This document shows, in pieces, positions 25,364-39,168 of a stretch of DNA of 64,000 nucleotides. Made by a program: the position numbers and the translations under genes. Source of the DNA: Camelus ferus (taxonomy: Eukaryota); contig NC_045696.1 of assembly GCF_009834535.1 (NCBI RefSeq), positions 8,062,001 through 8,126,000 on the forward strand, read 5' to 3'. Within the stretch, counting starts at the first letter, position 1, and each line of letters opens with the position of its first letter. The notes under the pieces were generated by a model. That model was not told the DNA's origin, did not search any database, and was given only the letters and a program-made list of their open reading frames with translations.

Positions 25364-25553
25364 CAATAACTGATTTTTAAAATGAAGTTTCAGATTTACT
25401 GATATATTTCCTAAGTTCTACATTCACACCTGCTGACTCCTCATTTTACATCCAACCATTCTGCCAAAACACGCTGTGGGCCAGCCTTCTCATCCCCTCT
25501 GGACCTGTGTGTGTGTCGGGGGTGGGCTGGGGGGGAGGGGCTGGCCTTCTTAC

Positions 25554-25682
25554 CTTGGATCAGAGGAAGGTAAAGGTGGTACTGATCAAGCTCTCCACTG
25601 AAGACAGCAAAAGCCTGGCGCTTTAGCAGCATGGCTTTCTGCTCAAAACTGGAGAACAGTTTTAAAGAACTGCTCTGCATGT
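25554..25682 (-). CDS. DOP1B: DOP1B exon ~32 ([22 protein letters not shown]...YLPLIQ)
   Basis: cttctag|AC ... CAAG|gtaaga; 129 nt, phase 1/1. Confidence 0.94.
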
Positions 25683-26196
25683 CTAGAAGAAATAGAGCAA
25701 ACACGTTCCCTTTAGTGAGAAAACTACAATGAGAGGTAAGTGACTGGAAATTTGTACTGGTGTAATTCCTACCTTCCCTGGTGAAAAATCACAATCTTGA
25801 TGGAGTAAGGGCATGTAGTTATTATTATTCAGATATTCACATTTATAAAAGGACTTATTACTTTCATAACACTTAATGATTTGGTATTTGAAAAGGATAT
25901 AAGGTTCAGGAAAGAACTCCTAACAAATTATGGTCAACTTTTCATTACTTTTCCAAAGCATTTCTCCACCATGACACTGTAGAAAATGTTGTTAAAGGCA
26001 TTCTTGCCAACAGACTGGAACTAGGAAGGCGCATCAATTTACTGCTGGCAAATCACGTACATCATATTGCAGCCTGCGGCTGAGACGGCATCGTAAAAGG
26101 TGTGAGCAGGGATCTGAAATGCGCAGCAAAAGCTATGGCCAAAAGCATCGGTCCTTCAAAGTGTGACTTATGTGCACGTAACATAGAAGAACTTAC

Positions 26197-26258
26197 TCAT
26201 TAAATCTTTAAACATTGTTTTCTCATGAGTCAGAAGATGGTCAATAATGGACTTCCAA
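26197..26258 (-). CDS. DOP1B: DOP1B exon ~31 ([20 protein letters not shown])
   Basis: atccag|TTGG ... ATGA|gtaagt; 62 nt, phase 2/1. Confidence 0.93.
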
Positions 26259-27251
26259 CTGGATATTAAATAAAAGCAAAATTAGTTAAATATGCAAAAG
26301 GTGACAGTCTGATTAAAAGCTTCAAGAAAAGAAGATGTTCCTATAAGATCTATTAAAAACTGCTTTCTGAAAAGTTAGTGAAACGAATGAATAGTTTTTA
26401 TATAAGGAAAAGCTAAGAAAAGACTTTTCATTTATAACCTTAACCTAGGGAATGAATGACAGAGCTCACCACAACAGAAAACACCAAGTGTCAAGGTACT
26501 TTGGCTTTTGCAAGGGCTGCCCTTAAATATGTTCACACAGGTGATGTCCATGCACTTGTGTGGATGGAAAGAAGCGGGGGTCGTGGAGACAAAGACCACT
26601 AGTTTTCAATGGGCTCCCCGCCAGGGCAACAGCATCACAGGGTGAGAGCCGTGGGCTCTGGGGGTGGTAGGCAAACTCTCAGGCTGTACAGAAAAGCTGA
26701 CCAGTCTCCACCTTCTATCCTGCCATGAATACAGGAGTGTTCAGACAAGCCAGGGGCAGAGTTACACATAGTTTTGTTGACCTCCCAAGAAAAAGGCACA
26801 GGAAATTCGTCTTGCAGCTGTAACAGCCTGGATTTCCGCTGCCCGTGCAGAGCCTGGCCAGCCACAAGGACTCAGTCAGGACTCAAGGAGCATAAGCCAA
26901 GAAGTGGGATAAGGGCATGGCAGTGTCACCAGTAGGCCCTGTCATCTTAACATTGGTCAAGTATTTGTGATTACAAGATAAAGTAGTTCTAGACTGAGGA
27001 CAACTGGAACTCCAGATCATGCTCTTTAGGGATAATATGCTCTTATTTGAAACTCTCCTCTTGACTAGAAAAACGAGGCATTAAAGCTTGGATTCCTCTC
27101 CCAGGACTACACAGTTAACATGCGAGTGATGGCCTATGACTTGGGTTGAGGCTAGCTCTGCTCCCATTTCGGGTGTGAGAACTGATTACAGAAACCCCAC
27201 ACACTTTTCCAACGATGCAGGGCACGTTTTTATCAGGACAGCATTTCTTAC

Positions 27252-27398
27252 TGCACACAAGAAGTGTCCATCTGAAAGAAGGCAGGGTCCAAGAATAAAT
27301 CCAGGACTTCTTTTTTCCAGGCCCGTTTTGTATAGGCATAACCGCTCAGAGAACTCAGCAGCTGGGCTCCGGCCCGGAAGCTGGGGGCGTTGTAGGCG
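27252..27398 (-). CDS. DOP1B: DOP1B exon ~30 ([31 protein letters not shown]...DTSCV)
   Basis: attcag|CGCC ... GTGCA|gtaaga; 147 nt, phase 2/2. Confidence 0.94.
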
Positions 27399-27521
27399 CT
27401 GAATGGGGTGCGAAGGGGAAAGGGTCAAGGTCAGAGGCTGTGCGAGGAAACGCGCTGGATGCATTTCCCGTAACCTCTCTTTCCACATGTGGGCGGCGTA
27501 CCCCGGAGAAGGCAGAGCTAC

Positions 27522-27631
27522 CTGTGGTTGCGCAAGTACGGGAAAACGTAGTAAAGCAGACGCGAGATCAACGGCACTGCCTTCTCTTTCTCATCGCTTC
27601 GATAAACCATGTCCAGGAGAGTTGCCAGAAC
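27522..27631 (-). CDS. DOP1B: DOP1B exon ~29 ([36 protein letters not shown])
   Basis: cttttag|GTT ... CACAG|gtagct; 110 nt, phase 0/2. Confidence 0.94.
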
Positions 27632-27864
27632 CTAAAAGGGAAGGATGGCCAGAAAACAGAAATCTCCTCAAGCCAGCTGGCAGTACAAAATTCAGTCCTC
27701 GGGGTATCTACAGCCTAACGAGAAAACTCCACGGTGCAGTGAGAGGCCAAGACTGACCTACGCGCTCACCTGGGACGGTGCAGCCAGTGCGCCCTGCACC
27801 TGAGAATGAACGCCTTTGCAGAGACTTACCTCCGTAAGGGGTGACAAGTCAGATGTGTATTTAC

Positions 27865-27950
27865 CTCTGCCAGGAGGGAGAGGGCTTGCACACTGTACAC
27901 CGAAGGGGCAGACGCGGACACCATTGCTGAAGCGGCGGCAGCGGCACCTG
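27865..27950 (-). CDS. DOP1B: DOP1B exon ~28 (GAAAAASAMVSASAPSVYSVQALSLLAE)
   Basis: ctatcag|CAGGT (tandem acceptor, alternative start 27947) ... GAG|gtaaat; 86 nt, phase 1/0. Confidence 0.9.
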
Positions 27951-28099
27951 CTGATAGAAAGAGGCATCTGTGTTTTCATCATTTCTGCCCCTGAGACATC
28001 ACATGAACGTGAGTCATGAACCCCACCGTTCACACTGATTATGTATGAAGTATATGTTACGTGTTCCTCTCTGTTAATGTGTTCACTTTCAGCAACGAA

Positions 28100-30120
28100 G
28101 CATCTCAGTACTGTGCTCAAATAAATGAGCACCAACTCGCTGTCTTCCTCCCCACTTCTCATCATCATTCTTGGAACTTCAACAACCCCTTGGACGATTC
28201 GTCTAACACCCTGGCCTCTGGGCCCCTTAACCTTTTCCCTTCCGACCATCTTTTATTTTGCTCCAGCTCAGCCACCCACTGTCATCATCGCACCCTTGAC
28301 CTCACCGATTCCCAAAGCCTCCATTTCCAGCATCCTACTGTAACCACATCTTATCTTTCCTGCTCACTTACTCCTTGAACCCTGCTCTGACAATTTCCTG
28401 AATCCTTGTACAGGCCTCTAAGCTCTTGAGTTCACCACCTTAACAACCCACTGACTCCCTCAAGTCTTCATTCCTCCCCCACCCCACCCACACGCACGGT
28501 CTATTGTCCACCTTCAAACATCCTCAACTCATTTTGCTTCTCTCTCCCACTGAAGCACTCACCTAGGAAAACGCAAAGCTGGCTAAACCCAACAATTGCC
28601 CATGGAGTTCTGCGTAGCTAAATGCTCTGGAAGAAACCAAACCACTATGAAACAGATCTCACTTGACCTCATGACGCTGAATCTCAAAAAGGGCCTGATG
28701 TTACTAGATAACCCTACCCATTCCCTCGGGGCAGGCTGGCTTTCCCACTCTCCAGCATAATTCTTTCACCTCCCCTCTTGATAACCACCAGTACCTGTCC
28801 CTTCTCAGCTGGTAACCTCACCCCACATTTCATTGAGAAAATGAATGTAAACCAGTAGGAACTCCCTCAGTTTGACCACCATGAGCTATTAATCTAGAAC
28901 ATTTATGTCTGTCTTCTCTACCATGTGTCCTGTTTTGATAGACATGTTCCTGGCTCCTGTCAAAGAACTGTAATTCCATTTATGATATTAATCCTGGCCC
29001 TAGGACTGTCTAAGACTTCGCTTTCTAACTATTCTTTCTCTCTTTGGTATTAATTTCTTCCTCTCTGATGTACTGTTTCATCACCATACAAACATGCTTT
29101 GCTATACACCAACTGAAAAATAAACCAAGTGAAAGATATTCTTTGGCCCTTAGCACTACTTCATTACTATCCTATTGACACTAAGTTATCAACATCCATC
29201 GTCTCCTCTTCCTCATCGCCATCCTCTCCTCCACCTACTCCAACCACGTCTTCCCACCCGCAATGATTTCCATCTTGTCAAATCCAGTATCTGTCCTTAT
29301 CTCACTTCTCAGCAGGCTTCTGCTGGTTTCCTCCACCCACCTTCTTGAAACACTCTCTTCTCCATAGTTTCCATAACTCTGTGTTCTCTTGGGTTTTCCT
29401 CTACCCCAGTGACCTTTCCTGGTACCTTCCCAGACATTTCAAAATTTAACACTTGCAAACCCACCCTTGAGTTTCCTCTTCATAATGTTCTTGCTTCGGT
29501 CTTCTCCACCTCAATAAATTGTTTAAACCAAAAACCAAAGTCACCCTTGATTACTTTTTTGTAACTACTACGTCCAATCCATCAGCAAGTTCTGCTGACC
29601 CTGCACTTAAATCAGTCCACCTTTTTCCATCGCCCCCGCCTCCAGGTCAACATCATCTCTTGCCCAAAGCACCACGAAATCCTTGCAAAGGACTCCCAGT
29701 TTCTGCTCTCATTTGCCAGAGCCCGTATGGCTCCCAGCAGCCAAACTGATGCTTTCTAAATACTCAAGAAGATCCTGTTACTGCTCCAAACACTTTAATG
29801 GGTTTCTGCAGCAGTGGGCAGACAACCAAGCTCTTAAGCACACTCTGTATCACGCCCGACAGCCTTCAGCCTCCCGCTCCCCCTGACCTTGGATGACTGC
29901 TCATTAGGCTCCAGGCAAGCTGGTCTTGAGGTTCTTGGTCTCAGCCCACTCCCACCTCAAGGACTTTCCATCTCCTCCAGGTCTTCACATGGCTGCCCTC
30001 TTATCTTTCATTTCTCAGCACAACTGTCACTTCCTTGGGGACACCTACAGTACCCCCCCAACCCCAGTCACCCCTGTAACAGTACTCTGATTTTCCTCAC
30101 AGTACTAAGAAGCACCTGAA
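28100..30120 (+). mobile_element. LINE-2 relic
   Basis: C/T-rich L2-like phrases (catcattcttggaacttcaac, cacccttgacct, ccaatccatcagcaagttctg, ccttcttgaaacactctcttc). Confidence 0.7.
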
Positions 30121-31997
30121 ATTCTCTTGGTAATTTATTTTTCTTTTGGCCATTAAAAAACTTTCATTTTGGAGTGATTTTGGATTCTCAGAAGAGTTGA
30201 AAGGTACCTTTGTTACTTTACTTTGGACTGTCACCTTCCGTGCCAGCCCCACAAGAGCAGAGGCCCCGCTTACTGTGTTTGCTGCTGCAGCACCAGCACC
30301 TAGAACACAGGGCGTGGCCCACGCCAGACACACAGATACAGGAAGACCTTGCACATCCACTGCCGGCATAAAAACTCTCAGCGGAGGAAAACGCAGCATT
30401 GGAAGCCTCATCCTGTTTCATGCCTTATATGGCCAACATGCATGCTCAGTTTATTCAAGACCAACACGAAATACAGTTACGATCCAGAGACCCTTCTGGT
30501 ACTCTGTAATTTGCTAAGTCAGTCTTATTGAGAAGCCCAAAAGCATCTCTAGCTTTGGAAGTCTATGATTTCTTTTTTAAAATAAAAATCAGCTAATTAT
30601 TTTACAATAGTATTGCCTGGAGCTTAAACTCAATTACTGCACAAAAGCCAGGCCCGATACCACCTGACTCAACACAGCGCAGCCACACTGGGGGTGGAGC
30701 GGCAGTGTAATTCACACAGCAGTACACACGACAGAAACAACTAAAGACCGATTAGCCAAGGAGATGTTCTCTTTCCCTAGAACCACAACTGTAACCATAA
30801 CCACAGCAGCCCGAGAAAGCATAACTGTTGGTTTAAGTTAGCAAATGATAGCACATTAGTTGTAGGATCTTCATTACAGAGTAAAGTGTAATTATTTTTC
30901 TTAAGTAAGCCACAAAACCAGCTCTCAAGTGAATGCGGCGGAAGTAATGGACGGGGGAACCACAGCATCCTTCCTTCTCCTGGGAAGAGCAGCCCTTCCC
31001 GGGTGGAAGTCCATTCCTCGTGGCTCCGGGGCACCAGCCCTCTTCCCGCCCTCCCCTGGGTCAGCTGCAGGCCCAAGAAGAGCCATCCAGAATCTTCATA
31101 TGAGACTTGATAAACCTCATCTGAACGCCTGGTTCCTGCTATGCCGAAAGCCAGGCATTGATGCCTGGGCTTCTCACGTACTTGAGCCAAAAGGTTTCGC
31201 AAAGCTATTTTATCACTCAGTCTCACCCAGGTCCCCACCTTGAAAGATCTGCCACAAACAACTTGGCCAAGGCCCCACAACCCTATAAATACTTCCCCAA
31301 ATGTCCCCACTGAGACACCCCTGTGCCTCTGTCAAGCTTCCCCCTTGACACAGCAGGTCTAATAGCCTGAGACTGGCTTGACTGATAGATTCCTCTGGGG
31401 TCCTTAGGGCTCTGGCAATGAACAGCCCACACTGCTGCATTTAATCCAGACTCAAGGGTACCTGGCTGATCAGCGGTCCTCGGAGTAAACAGATGCGTCC
31501 CCTCCGAGGGTCTCCCGACCATCTTCCTAGGAAGCTGTAACTAACAATAAGCCTGGGGGAGCCTACTCCGCATGATGCCTATTACAAACTCCTCATGTCC
31601 CGGGCATGACGGAACACCAGGACCACCGAGAGGCTGGGGTGTGTTGGCCAGAAACGAAACATAACATCACGTGCCTGATGACAGCTTGCTGGTTTACTAA
31701 GTTTTCTTTCCACAGAGCCACAAAAAGAAAAACACACATTCTCCTATTCTTTACCCCACACAGATTTCTATCACTGAGTCCAAGCAAATTATCTTGGGAA
31801 GTTACTTTCTTGGGCCCCCATCTGGGTTCAGTGAGGGCTTAACACGGTGGCAATGAGCCACTTGGGACACTTCCAGTGGAATCCTACTGCTTATTATATG
31901 TACAACTCATGTTGTAGGAAGTAAAACCAGTTATGTTCAAGGCAGACCAGACCCACGAGCTGGCAGCACCATTACTTTCTGACCCGTCTACACCTAC

Positions 31998-32142
31998 CGT
32001 GAAAATCTTCCTCAGCGTCAGATTCTTCTAGAGAGATCTGAGGCTGGGCCTTCACTTCCAGGTTTCTGCTTAGCCAGCTGGTTTGTTCCAAGGAAGAGCC
32101 AGCAATGTTCCCGACAGCTTCTAGAATTTTCTGAGTGACTTC
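31998..32142 (-). CDS. DOP1B: DOP1B exon ~27 ([31 protein letters not shown]...EEDFH)
   Basis: ctctcag|GAA ... CACG|gtaggt; 145 nt, phase 0/1. Confidence 0.94.
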
Positions 32143-32207
32143 CTGAGAGGAATCGGGAGGAAGGGGAAAGGGAGTTAGTTAAGGACAAGAATCCTAAGTG
32201 CCCAAAA

Positions 32208-32495
32208 CTGCCCCATCCAATAGAAATACAAGGCAAGCCACATCTGTGAGCCATATAGGTAATACCAAGTTCTCCAGGGGCCACATTCCAAGGAACAAGT
32301 TCATAACATTTAACCCAGTAGGTCCAGAATATTCTCACCACATAATCAGTATAAAAATTATTAGTGAGATTCAGCACTTTTTTGTGCTAAGTCTTTGAAA
32401 TCCGATGTGCATGTCACACTTCCTGCACATGCAGCCCAGACAAGCCACATTTCGAGCTCAACAGCCACACGTGGCCCACGGCTACCATATGGCCC
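32208..32495. mobile_element. hAT-Charlie relic (MER3/MER33-like)
   Basis: tccaatagaaat... and gccacatttcgagctcaacagccacacgtggc...ggctaccatatgg ends. Confidence 0.65.
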
Positions 32496-33938
32496 GTGTG
32501 GGTAAAACAGACACAGGAAGTCACAGCCGCACAACGCACTTGGCAGATTAGATTTCTGGTTTCTTTAGGACCATGGGTTCTTGCTAGCAATGTACCCTGC
32601 AGTAATACAACAAGAGACAAAACTGAATAAATTAAACTGACTGCATGAGGGTGGGGTGAGGCGTCATCTGTGTCAGGAGAATAATCAGGAAATCACGTGG
32701 TCAAGTAGCTGGGTCAGAGGTGGAAACACTGAGCGGGTTTCTCCAGTCAGTATCCTCAACATCACCAGCTCAGAGTGGCTGGACGTCCTTGACGTCTGAG
32801 AACAGAACAATCCTGACTTCCACCACGAGCCCAGCAGTTGTGACCAGGCATGAAGCAGGAGCACGTCTGCCTGCCAGAGGCAAGGAGGGTGAGCCGGAGG
32901 GTGCCCGCAGTAAGCCCGGGCAGAGGCCTGATGTGGACGATGGCAGCGAGGAAGATCAAGAAAAGGGGTTGAGGACTTAGCGGAGCTCCCACTTCAAGTG
33001 CAGTAAGTGGATGGGGAGGAAGTTAGGGTGTCTCGAAAAGGGAGGAAGGAGTCTGTTGAGGCTGGGACACCACGGGGTGGAAGTAGGGTGCTGCCTGGCC
33101 CCCTGCCGACAGGGACAGAGGCAAGGTGCACCAGCTGCACCGGTGGAGGTGGTGCCCGTGGCCAAACTCCGCCCAGATGGACTGAAGGGAAAGGGGCCAC
33201 GGTTGGCAGCTGGCCATAAAAGGGGGTGCTTGCCAGGCTAGTTTGGGAAGTGGTACCCAAGTGCTGGGGCAGCGCCTGCACCTTGCGAAGGCTTTCTTCT
33301 CCACCAGCTGAGCCAAAGGAGTCACTGGCTTTACACAGAACACTGGTGGTTCGGAATCAAGAATTGGACAGACCTTTCACAAATGCCGGGATCACAGCAA
33401 TTAGCAGTAATATCACCAAAGCCATAAACAACACCCCTCAGTTTAAAGACTGACTCAAAAAGCTCCTCACTCAATGACTACAACGGTTGCAAGATAGTGA
33501 TTTTTCAGCTCCATCACGACTTCTGCTTCTTAGTTGGTATTCTACTCAATGGAGAAGATTTTCCTTCTCAACTGGGTGAGTTTTACTTTAATTTTTCAGC
33601 GTTTTTGAAGTTTCCTATGAGTATATATTGCTTTAAAAAGTGGGGGGAGGTTATAAGGAAAGAAATCTGTGTATAAAGATAGATTTACTATTCCAACTAT
33701 GCTGAAGAGTAAGCTCCACCCACATTTGCGTATAGCAGGGTGGGAGAGGGCACCCTGTGAATTCTACGGTGGATCACTCAAGTCTAACACGAGAACCTTC
33801 AGCAGGAGAGCCTGGCCCGAGTCTGCTGAGCCCAGAAAAGACAGTAACGGAGGAAGTCAGACATGGGAACAAACGCAAATTTAAGATCTGGTTCTGCCAA
33901 TGGAACAGTAACAATCTGCCAAACTTGCACATACAGAC

Positions 33939-34005
33939 CTGCAGGTCTTTTTGATCTTTCTTGTTCTCCAGGTTGGGAGTTCTTGTTACGAAGTCGTTCA
34001 GCATG
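33939..34005 (-). CDS. DOP1B: DOP1B exon ~26 ([22 protein letters not shown])
   Basis: caacag|CATG ... CAG|gtctgt; 67 nt, phase 2/0. Confidence 0.92.
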
Positions 34006-34103
34006 CTGTTGAGAGACAAGCAGCTTCAGACTTGAGAATGCTGCAGAAATAAGAGTACGTTCCAGCAGAAAAATGCAGTAACGTGAGTGCTGCGACATCA
34101 TAC

Positions 34104-34208
34104 CTGAGAAGCAGAAAATACCCAGGGGGGGCAAGATTCAACTGCACAGACTCCTTTAACACACCCAGTAGCGAAGGAAAGTTCTCTTGCAAGGCTATTA
34201 CTGGGAGC
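34104..34208 (-). CDS. DOP1B: DOP1B exon ~25 ([34 protein letters not shown])
   Basis: aaatag|GCTC ... CTCAG|gtatga; 105 nt, phase 2/2. Confidence 0.93.
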
Positions 34209-35652
34209 CTATTTAAAAAGAAAAACAGAAAAAAAAAATCCAACCACGAATAGGTCAAAGCAAAATGTTTGTTTATAAGCACATTTTAGACCCAGGTGGT
34301 TGGAAAGCATAAGGGAAGATGGCCCATCTCCCTGACCTGTTAGGTCTTTTTAAAATTGTAATACACACAAGCTAAGTTTTGGAATTCTGGCAAGAACCTG
34401 GAGTCTGGAGATGTGATACTCTGCTGCTGACAGGTCAGATGCTCCTGGTTTCCCCGTCTATAAAGTAAAGCCTCGTACTAGGCTGTCTGCTCTCTGGGCC
34501 TGTCTGGTTCCAACATTCGGCCTCTCCAACATTGTTGGTAACAGAGTCAGCCATCAGAAGGTCGCAAAGGGCTACATCAGGGGTCACCCACCAGCAGCTG
34601 ATCCTCAGTAGCTGTCAGGTCAGGGCTCGCGGGGAATGAGGCTGACTCTGGATTGCTGCTACAGAGAGAGGCCGCAGCTGAGCCACAGCCAAAGGTCCCA
34701 GGTTCAGTCCTGGTCCCTGATTTACTGCCTGCTGAGTGACATCCATAAAAGGGGGATGCAGCTCCTGCAGCTGCTGGGAAGGCCCAGGCATCACTGAGGC
34801 CACTGTAACCGGCGCCTGCTCATGTTACAATATGCGTTAGTTACCACGAGGAGGGATGTGACCGACTCATCGTCAACGCCTAGAGAAAGAACTACAATGC
34901 TGCTTGTGGTGAAGGGTGAACAGCTGGTCTGAACTCCACCTCAGACCCAGGGACTCCAGGCACTATGACCCTCCTTTTATCTCCCTGCGCAACGTGAACT
35001 TGTTAACCAAGGAGCTCGCCGCTGGTTGCCAAATTTATTTATTGTGAAACTCCTGAGATACGTGAGGATGTCGAGGCTCCCCGCAGCAGCCAGCGCCCCG
35101 GGGCCTGGGACTGCACTGGGGACAGGCTCCTGCAGGATCTCAAGGAGGCCCAGCCAAGCTTCCCCTCCCCCGCAGAGAAGTGCTGCCTGGGGACCCGCTT
35201 CACTTCGTCCCATAGCGGAGACGGCTGCTCCTGGACACTCAGCTCAGTAACCCCAAGCAGAAGACACCCAGCAGAAAACACGGGGAAAAAACTGAGGACA
35301 GGACCAAAAATAATCACTTCTCCTTTTTCTAAATGAGGTCTTTAAAGTACTCCTCCCCTTTTTTGGGCATCAACTTAACGCAAATTGTTTCTTCTCGAAT
35401 TTACCAGGCCTCATATCAAGCTTTGCTGACATCAAGAGTTCAACTTTCAGCACGTGGACTTTAAAATGTCAGATTAGATCTCTGATGAAGGAAAAGTAAG
35501 ATCATCAGGGCATTCCCATGCCTCGGGAGGAAATCAGGACTCCACTCAGATCCTTTCTGAACTAAGGCTCTCCAGTAATCAAGACACACAATCAGAGTAA
35601 GTATTTATAATATTATAATAGCACCTCTAACTGAGAAATGTCTCTGCATTAC

Positions 35653-35708
35653 CTTTGGATGAAAGCAAAGCAAAACTGCAACACAGGGACATCCACGAGG
35701 GGCGATTT
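35653..35708 (-). CDS. DOP1B: DOP1B exon ~24 (KSPLVDVPVLQFCFAFIQ)
   Basis: ttttcag|AAA ... CAAAG|gtaatg; 56 nt, phase 0/2. Confidence 0.9.
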
Positions 35709-37099
35709 CTGAAAATTAAAGCAAAGCCAATTAATCCCAGCTGGTAGGAAATGAGGCTAAAAAAGAATTTAAATACAGAAGCGAAACAGATTCTGTGTCC
35801 TAACAAAGCAAAGGTTTTCAGCCAAAGAGTCTTTCAAATATAATAACAGACGTGAAAGTATTTCCCAGGTGAAACAAAGACAAATGTACCCTATGAGGTC
35901 CCAGAGCCACTCCTTCATGTTTACCTACTTCCCGCTCCAGAATCTTAACAAGTATTTAGGGAAGTGTTGGCATCGTAACGGAACCTCCCCAAACACAAAG
36001 TTGGTGGCCAAAGTAGACCTCAGGACGAGCTACAGACAGGAAATGATACAAAATTCTAATTCTTAGCTCCAGGAATTCCCTCAAACCCAGCCCAGACAAC
36101 TTTCCAAAATCCCACATGGCTGGAACTACTTAGAAATAGGTTTCCAAAACACAATTTTTTCCCCCTCCTTGCTTGTAAAAGGCTATTTATAGAAGTTACA
36201 GAAGTTGAGCCAATTAACTATACTAACCACAAAATGTCATTTTGTTATGGGAACAGCCAAAAGCTAGTCAGCCAGACCACGTCTAGATTTTTTTTTTTAG
36301 CCCAGGAACTGCAGATACATGTAAAAATTCAAACGTGAAGGAGCAAAACCAAGAAGCGCCTGCTCTGTATATAAAGCTGTCGCAGGGCCAGCTCCCCTGG
36401 GGCTGCGGCCAGAATGCCATCTGTGGGGATTGAACAGCAGCGAGGAAGGTCCATTTCCCGACCCCTGAGACTTGCTCAGACTCATAAATGAAAATCCACT
36501 CCAGATCTGATGGCTCCTCCACCTGGCCCCTCTCCTCAGGGCTCATCACTTTCACAGTCACGTTCAGGAGCAAAAGGCGACAAGACCACAAGGCACTGGG
36601 AGCCCTGGGGGCAGACGTCCGACAGCTGCGGTGAAGGTGCCTGTGCCCATTTGATGTCCGATTCCTTAAGCACTTCGCTGGTTCCATAATCGTGGCCTCG
36701 CAGTGTTCATTTTTAGGCTGGCTTATCTTCTTTCCCTAGCTAGGACACAGGCTGACCAGGGGCGGGGACAGTTTCACTATTCAGGACTCCCCACCTTGGA
36801 TGCACATACTTTTCAATTAACACAGGACTGAAGAAAGGGGACTAGAGCCCTGAGTATAACTGAGTGGTCAGAAGCCCCAAAGGCCTTCCCAGCGTGGACA
36901 TTTCTGCAGAGGGCTACCCTGTGCCAGAGGCCCTTTCAGGGAGGAGCCCTGAGTGGGGAGTTCTCCTCCAAGGCTGGCAGAGCTACAAAAACCACTAAAG
37001 ATCATCTCGGTCAGTTTTCTCACTCTGGGGTAATACAGCTCTGATTCTAAGGTCCAGCTTTTTGTTCACCATCCTGAGTATGAGATTTCTTTTACTTGT

Positions 37100-37615
37100 T
37101 ATAAAAATTTATTTTGGTTAAAATATACTTAACAAAATTTACCATTTTAAACATTTTTAAGGTATAAGAGCTCTCAGTATATTCGTGCTGTTGGACAACC
37201 ACCACCACTACTACCTCCAGAACATTTTCATGTTCCCAAACTCAGACTCTGTCCCCACTAAGCACTAAATCCCATTTCTTCCTCCCCCACACCCCCTGGT
37301 AACCCCATCATTCCACCTTCTGTCTCTATGGACTCGACTACTGGGTATTCCAGATAAGTGGAATCTTACAACATTGTCTGTTTGGACTGGCTTATTCCCC
37401 TTAACACAATGTTTTCAAGGTTCACCTACATTACAGCAGTATCAGAATTTCATTCCTTTTAAAGGCTGAATAATATTCCACTGCATGTATATACTTCATT
37501 TTGTTTATCCATTCATCCGTGAATGGATACTTGGGTTGTTTCCACATTTTGGGTATTGTGATTAACACTATTATGAACACTGGTGCACAAATATCTGTTT
37601 GAGTAAAACTTTTTT
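37100..37615 (-). mobile_element. L1 3' fragment
   Basis: Antisense L1 3' UTR (ttcattccttttaaaggctgaataatattcc, gtttatccattcatcc). Confidence 0.85.
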
Positions 37616-38098
37616 AATAATCACTATGTCCACTCCATTAATTTTCACTTAGATTGGAATTAACCTTAAATTTTTCCTAACTGTATAATTTTACCACACC
37701 TGATAGAAGGCAATAATTTCAAGGTTCAAACAAATCCCTAGTTTCTATCAATTTAAGAATAAAATAGCTCTAATACTTTCAAGGAAGAGATCTGCTCTGG
37801 TAAAAACAAAAATCTCTAAGGCATAAAACTGTTAAACCATGAAATCTGTTCAGTTTCAGAATCATTGTGCATAAACAAAAAGGCATCTGAGCAGCATGGC
37901 TCCCCTCAACTGCTACGTGGACACTGAGCAGAAAAACTGGAGGAGCTTCATCGTTCAATCACATGCCACTTCAAATGCCACTGCCTTCACTGCAGCCAGA
38001 CGAAATCTCCTCTTTCTCAGAATGTCCAGTGTGAGTTAAGTCCTATGATGTGAATTTTGTACCTTTATAAAAATTATGCAAAGTTTTAACTCATCCAC

Positions 38099-38836
38099 TG
38101 ACAAAGCTGCTCTCCTTTACCCAGCCCAGTCAGGCTCCTCCGAGCCCTCTTCTTGACTAGGCCTCAACCTTGGTCCACAAGGTTGTACCTTTAGCACAAA
38201 GATTCCATCCACCCCACACACTAGGAGACGTGAACAAACACTGGCATGGTTTCCAGCAGCTCAAAGCCACATCCTTAGGGTGATGAACCCAACCCCTTTA
38301 AAATGCCTGTCCGAGGAGGAAAGCACTAGGCTTCTGAAGGAATCTGCTGTTGGTTCAGCCAATACCTGACAGGTTCCTGACCTCCCTACCTTAGAGCATG
38401 TATTAAGAGAAGCTTATAGTTATAAGTTCTTCCTCTCCCTTTGAGATGCATGTATGTCGCCTACAACCCGGGAATGCCTTTCTCAAAAGACCCAGGAGCC
38501 ATTCTTCTGAACTATCATCATTGAGAAAGACAGGGCCCCTGTCTCCCAGTCTCCGTGGGAGTGTAGGAACCTACCTTCTGCATTACAGTTTGCAAACCCA
38601 ATGGACTAATTATATCCACCAACCCCCTTCCTGCTTGTTTGTCATTTTCCATGCCCCCGACTCTGTGGAAGCCTCAGCTCATTCACCCTCCCTACCCTTC
38701 ATTCTCTGCCTCTAATACCCAGTTACCTCTGCAGAAATCTGAACTGGGCCCTGCTCTCTCCCCTGCTGCAGTTGTTACTGAATAAAATCGGTCTTTTCCA
38801 CCTTTAATTATTATCCGGCTTTGCTTATCTTTGACA
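38099..38836 (+). mobile_element. Solo ERV1 LTR (MER31-like)
   Basis: TGACAAAG...agtcaggctcctccgagccctcttcttgactaggcc start; AATAAA at ~38781; ends ctttgaCA. Confidence 0.7.
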
Positions 38837-39168
38837 CCTTTTAGGTTGCAAGTTGCTTGAGGCAAGTGCTATTGCCTCCCCCTAAAGGACTTATTCTATT
38901 TAGCACACAGTAGGTCCTTGCAGAGCGCCCCGCAGCGGGACATAAGGATGGAAGTGGTCCCTGACCCAAGCAGTCCCCACCCCAAAACAGGAGCACTGAA
39001 GTCCATGAGGCACATTTCATACCATCCCTGCAAAGCCCGGTAAAAACACCTCTGTTTACAGCCCCCGAATTCCCAGTTGCTCCTGTGACCCGTTTCCCTC
39101 CCAAACACACTGTATAAGACGCGGAGTCAGAGGCACGCACTCCTTTGGAGGGGCCCCAGGCTCCTGAC

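Noticed and set aside
30777..31522. 177-aa and neighbouring intronic ORFs
   Set aside because: No recognisable protein; flanking DOP1B exons ~27 and ~28 already join in phase.
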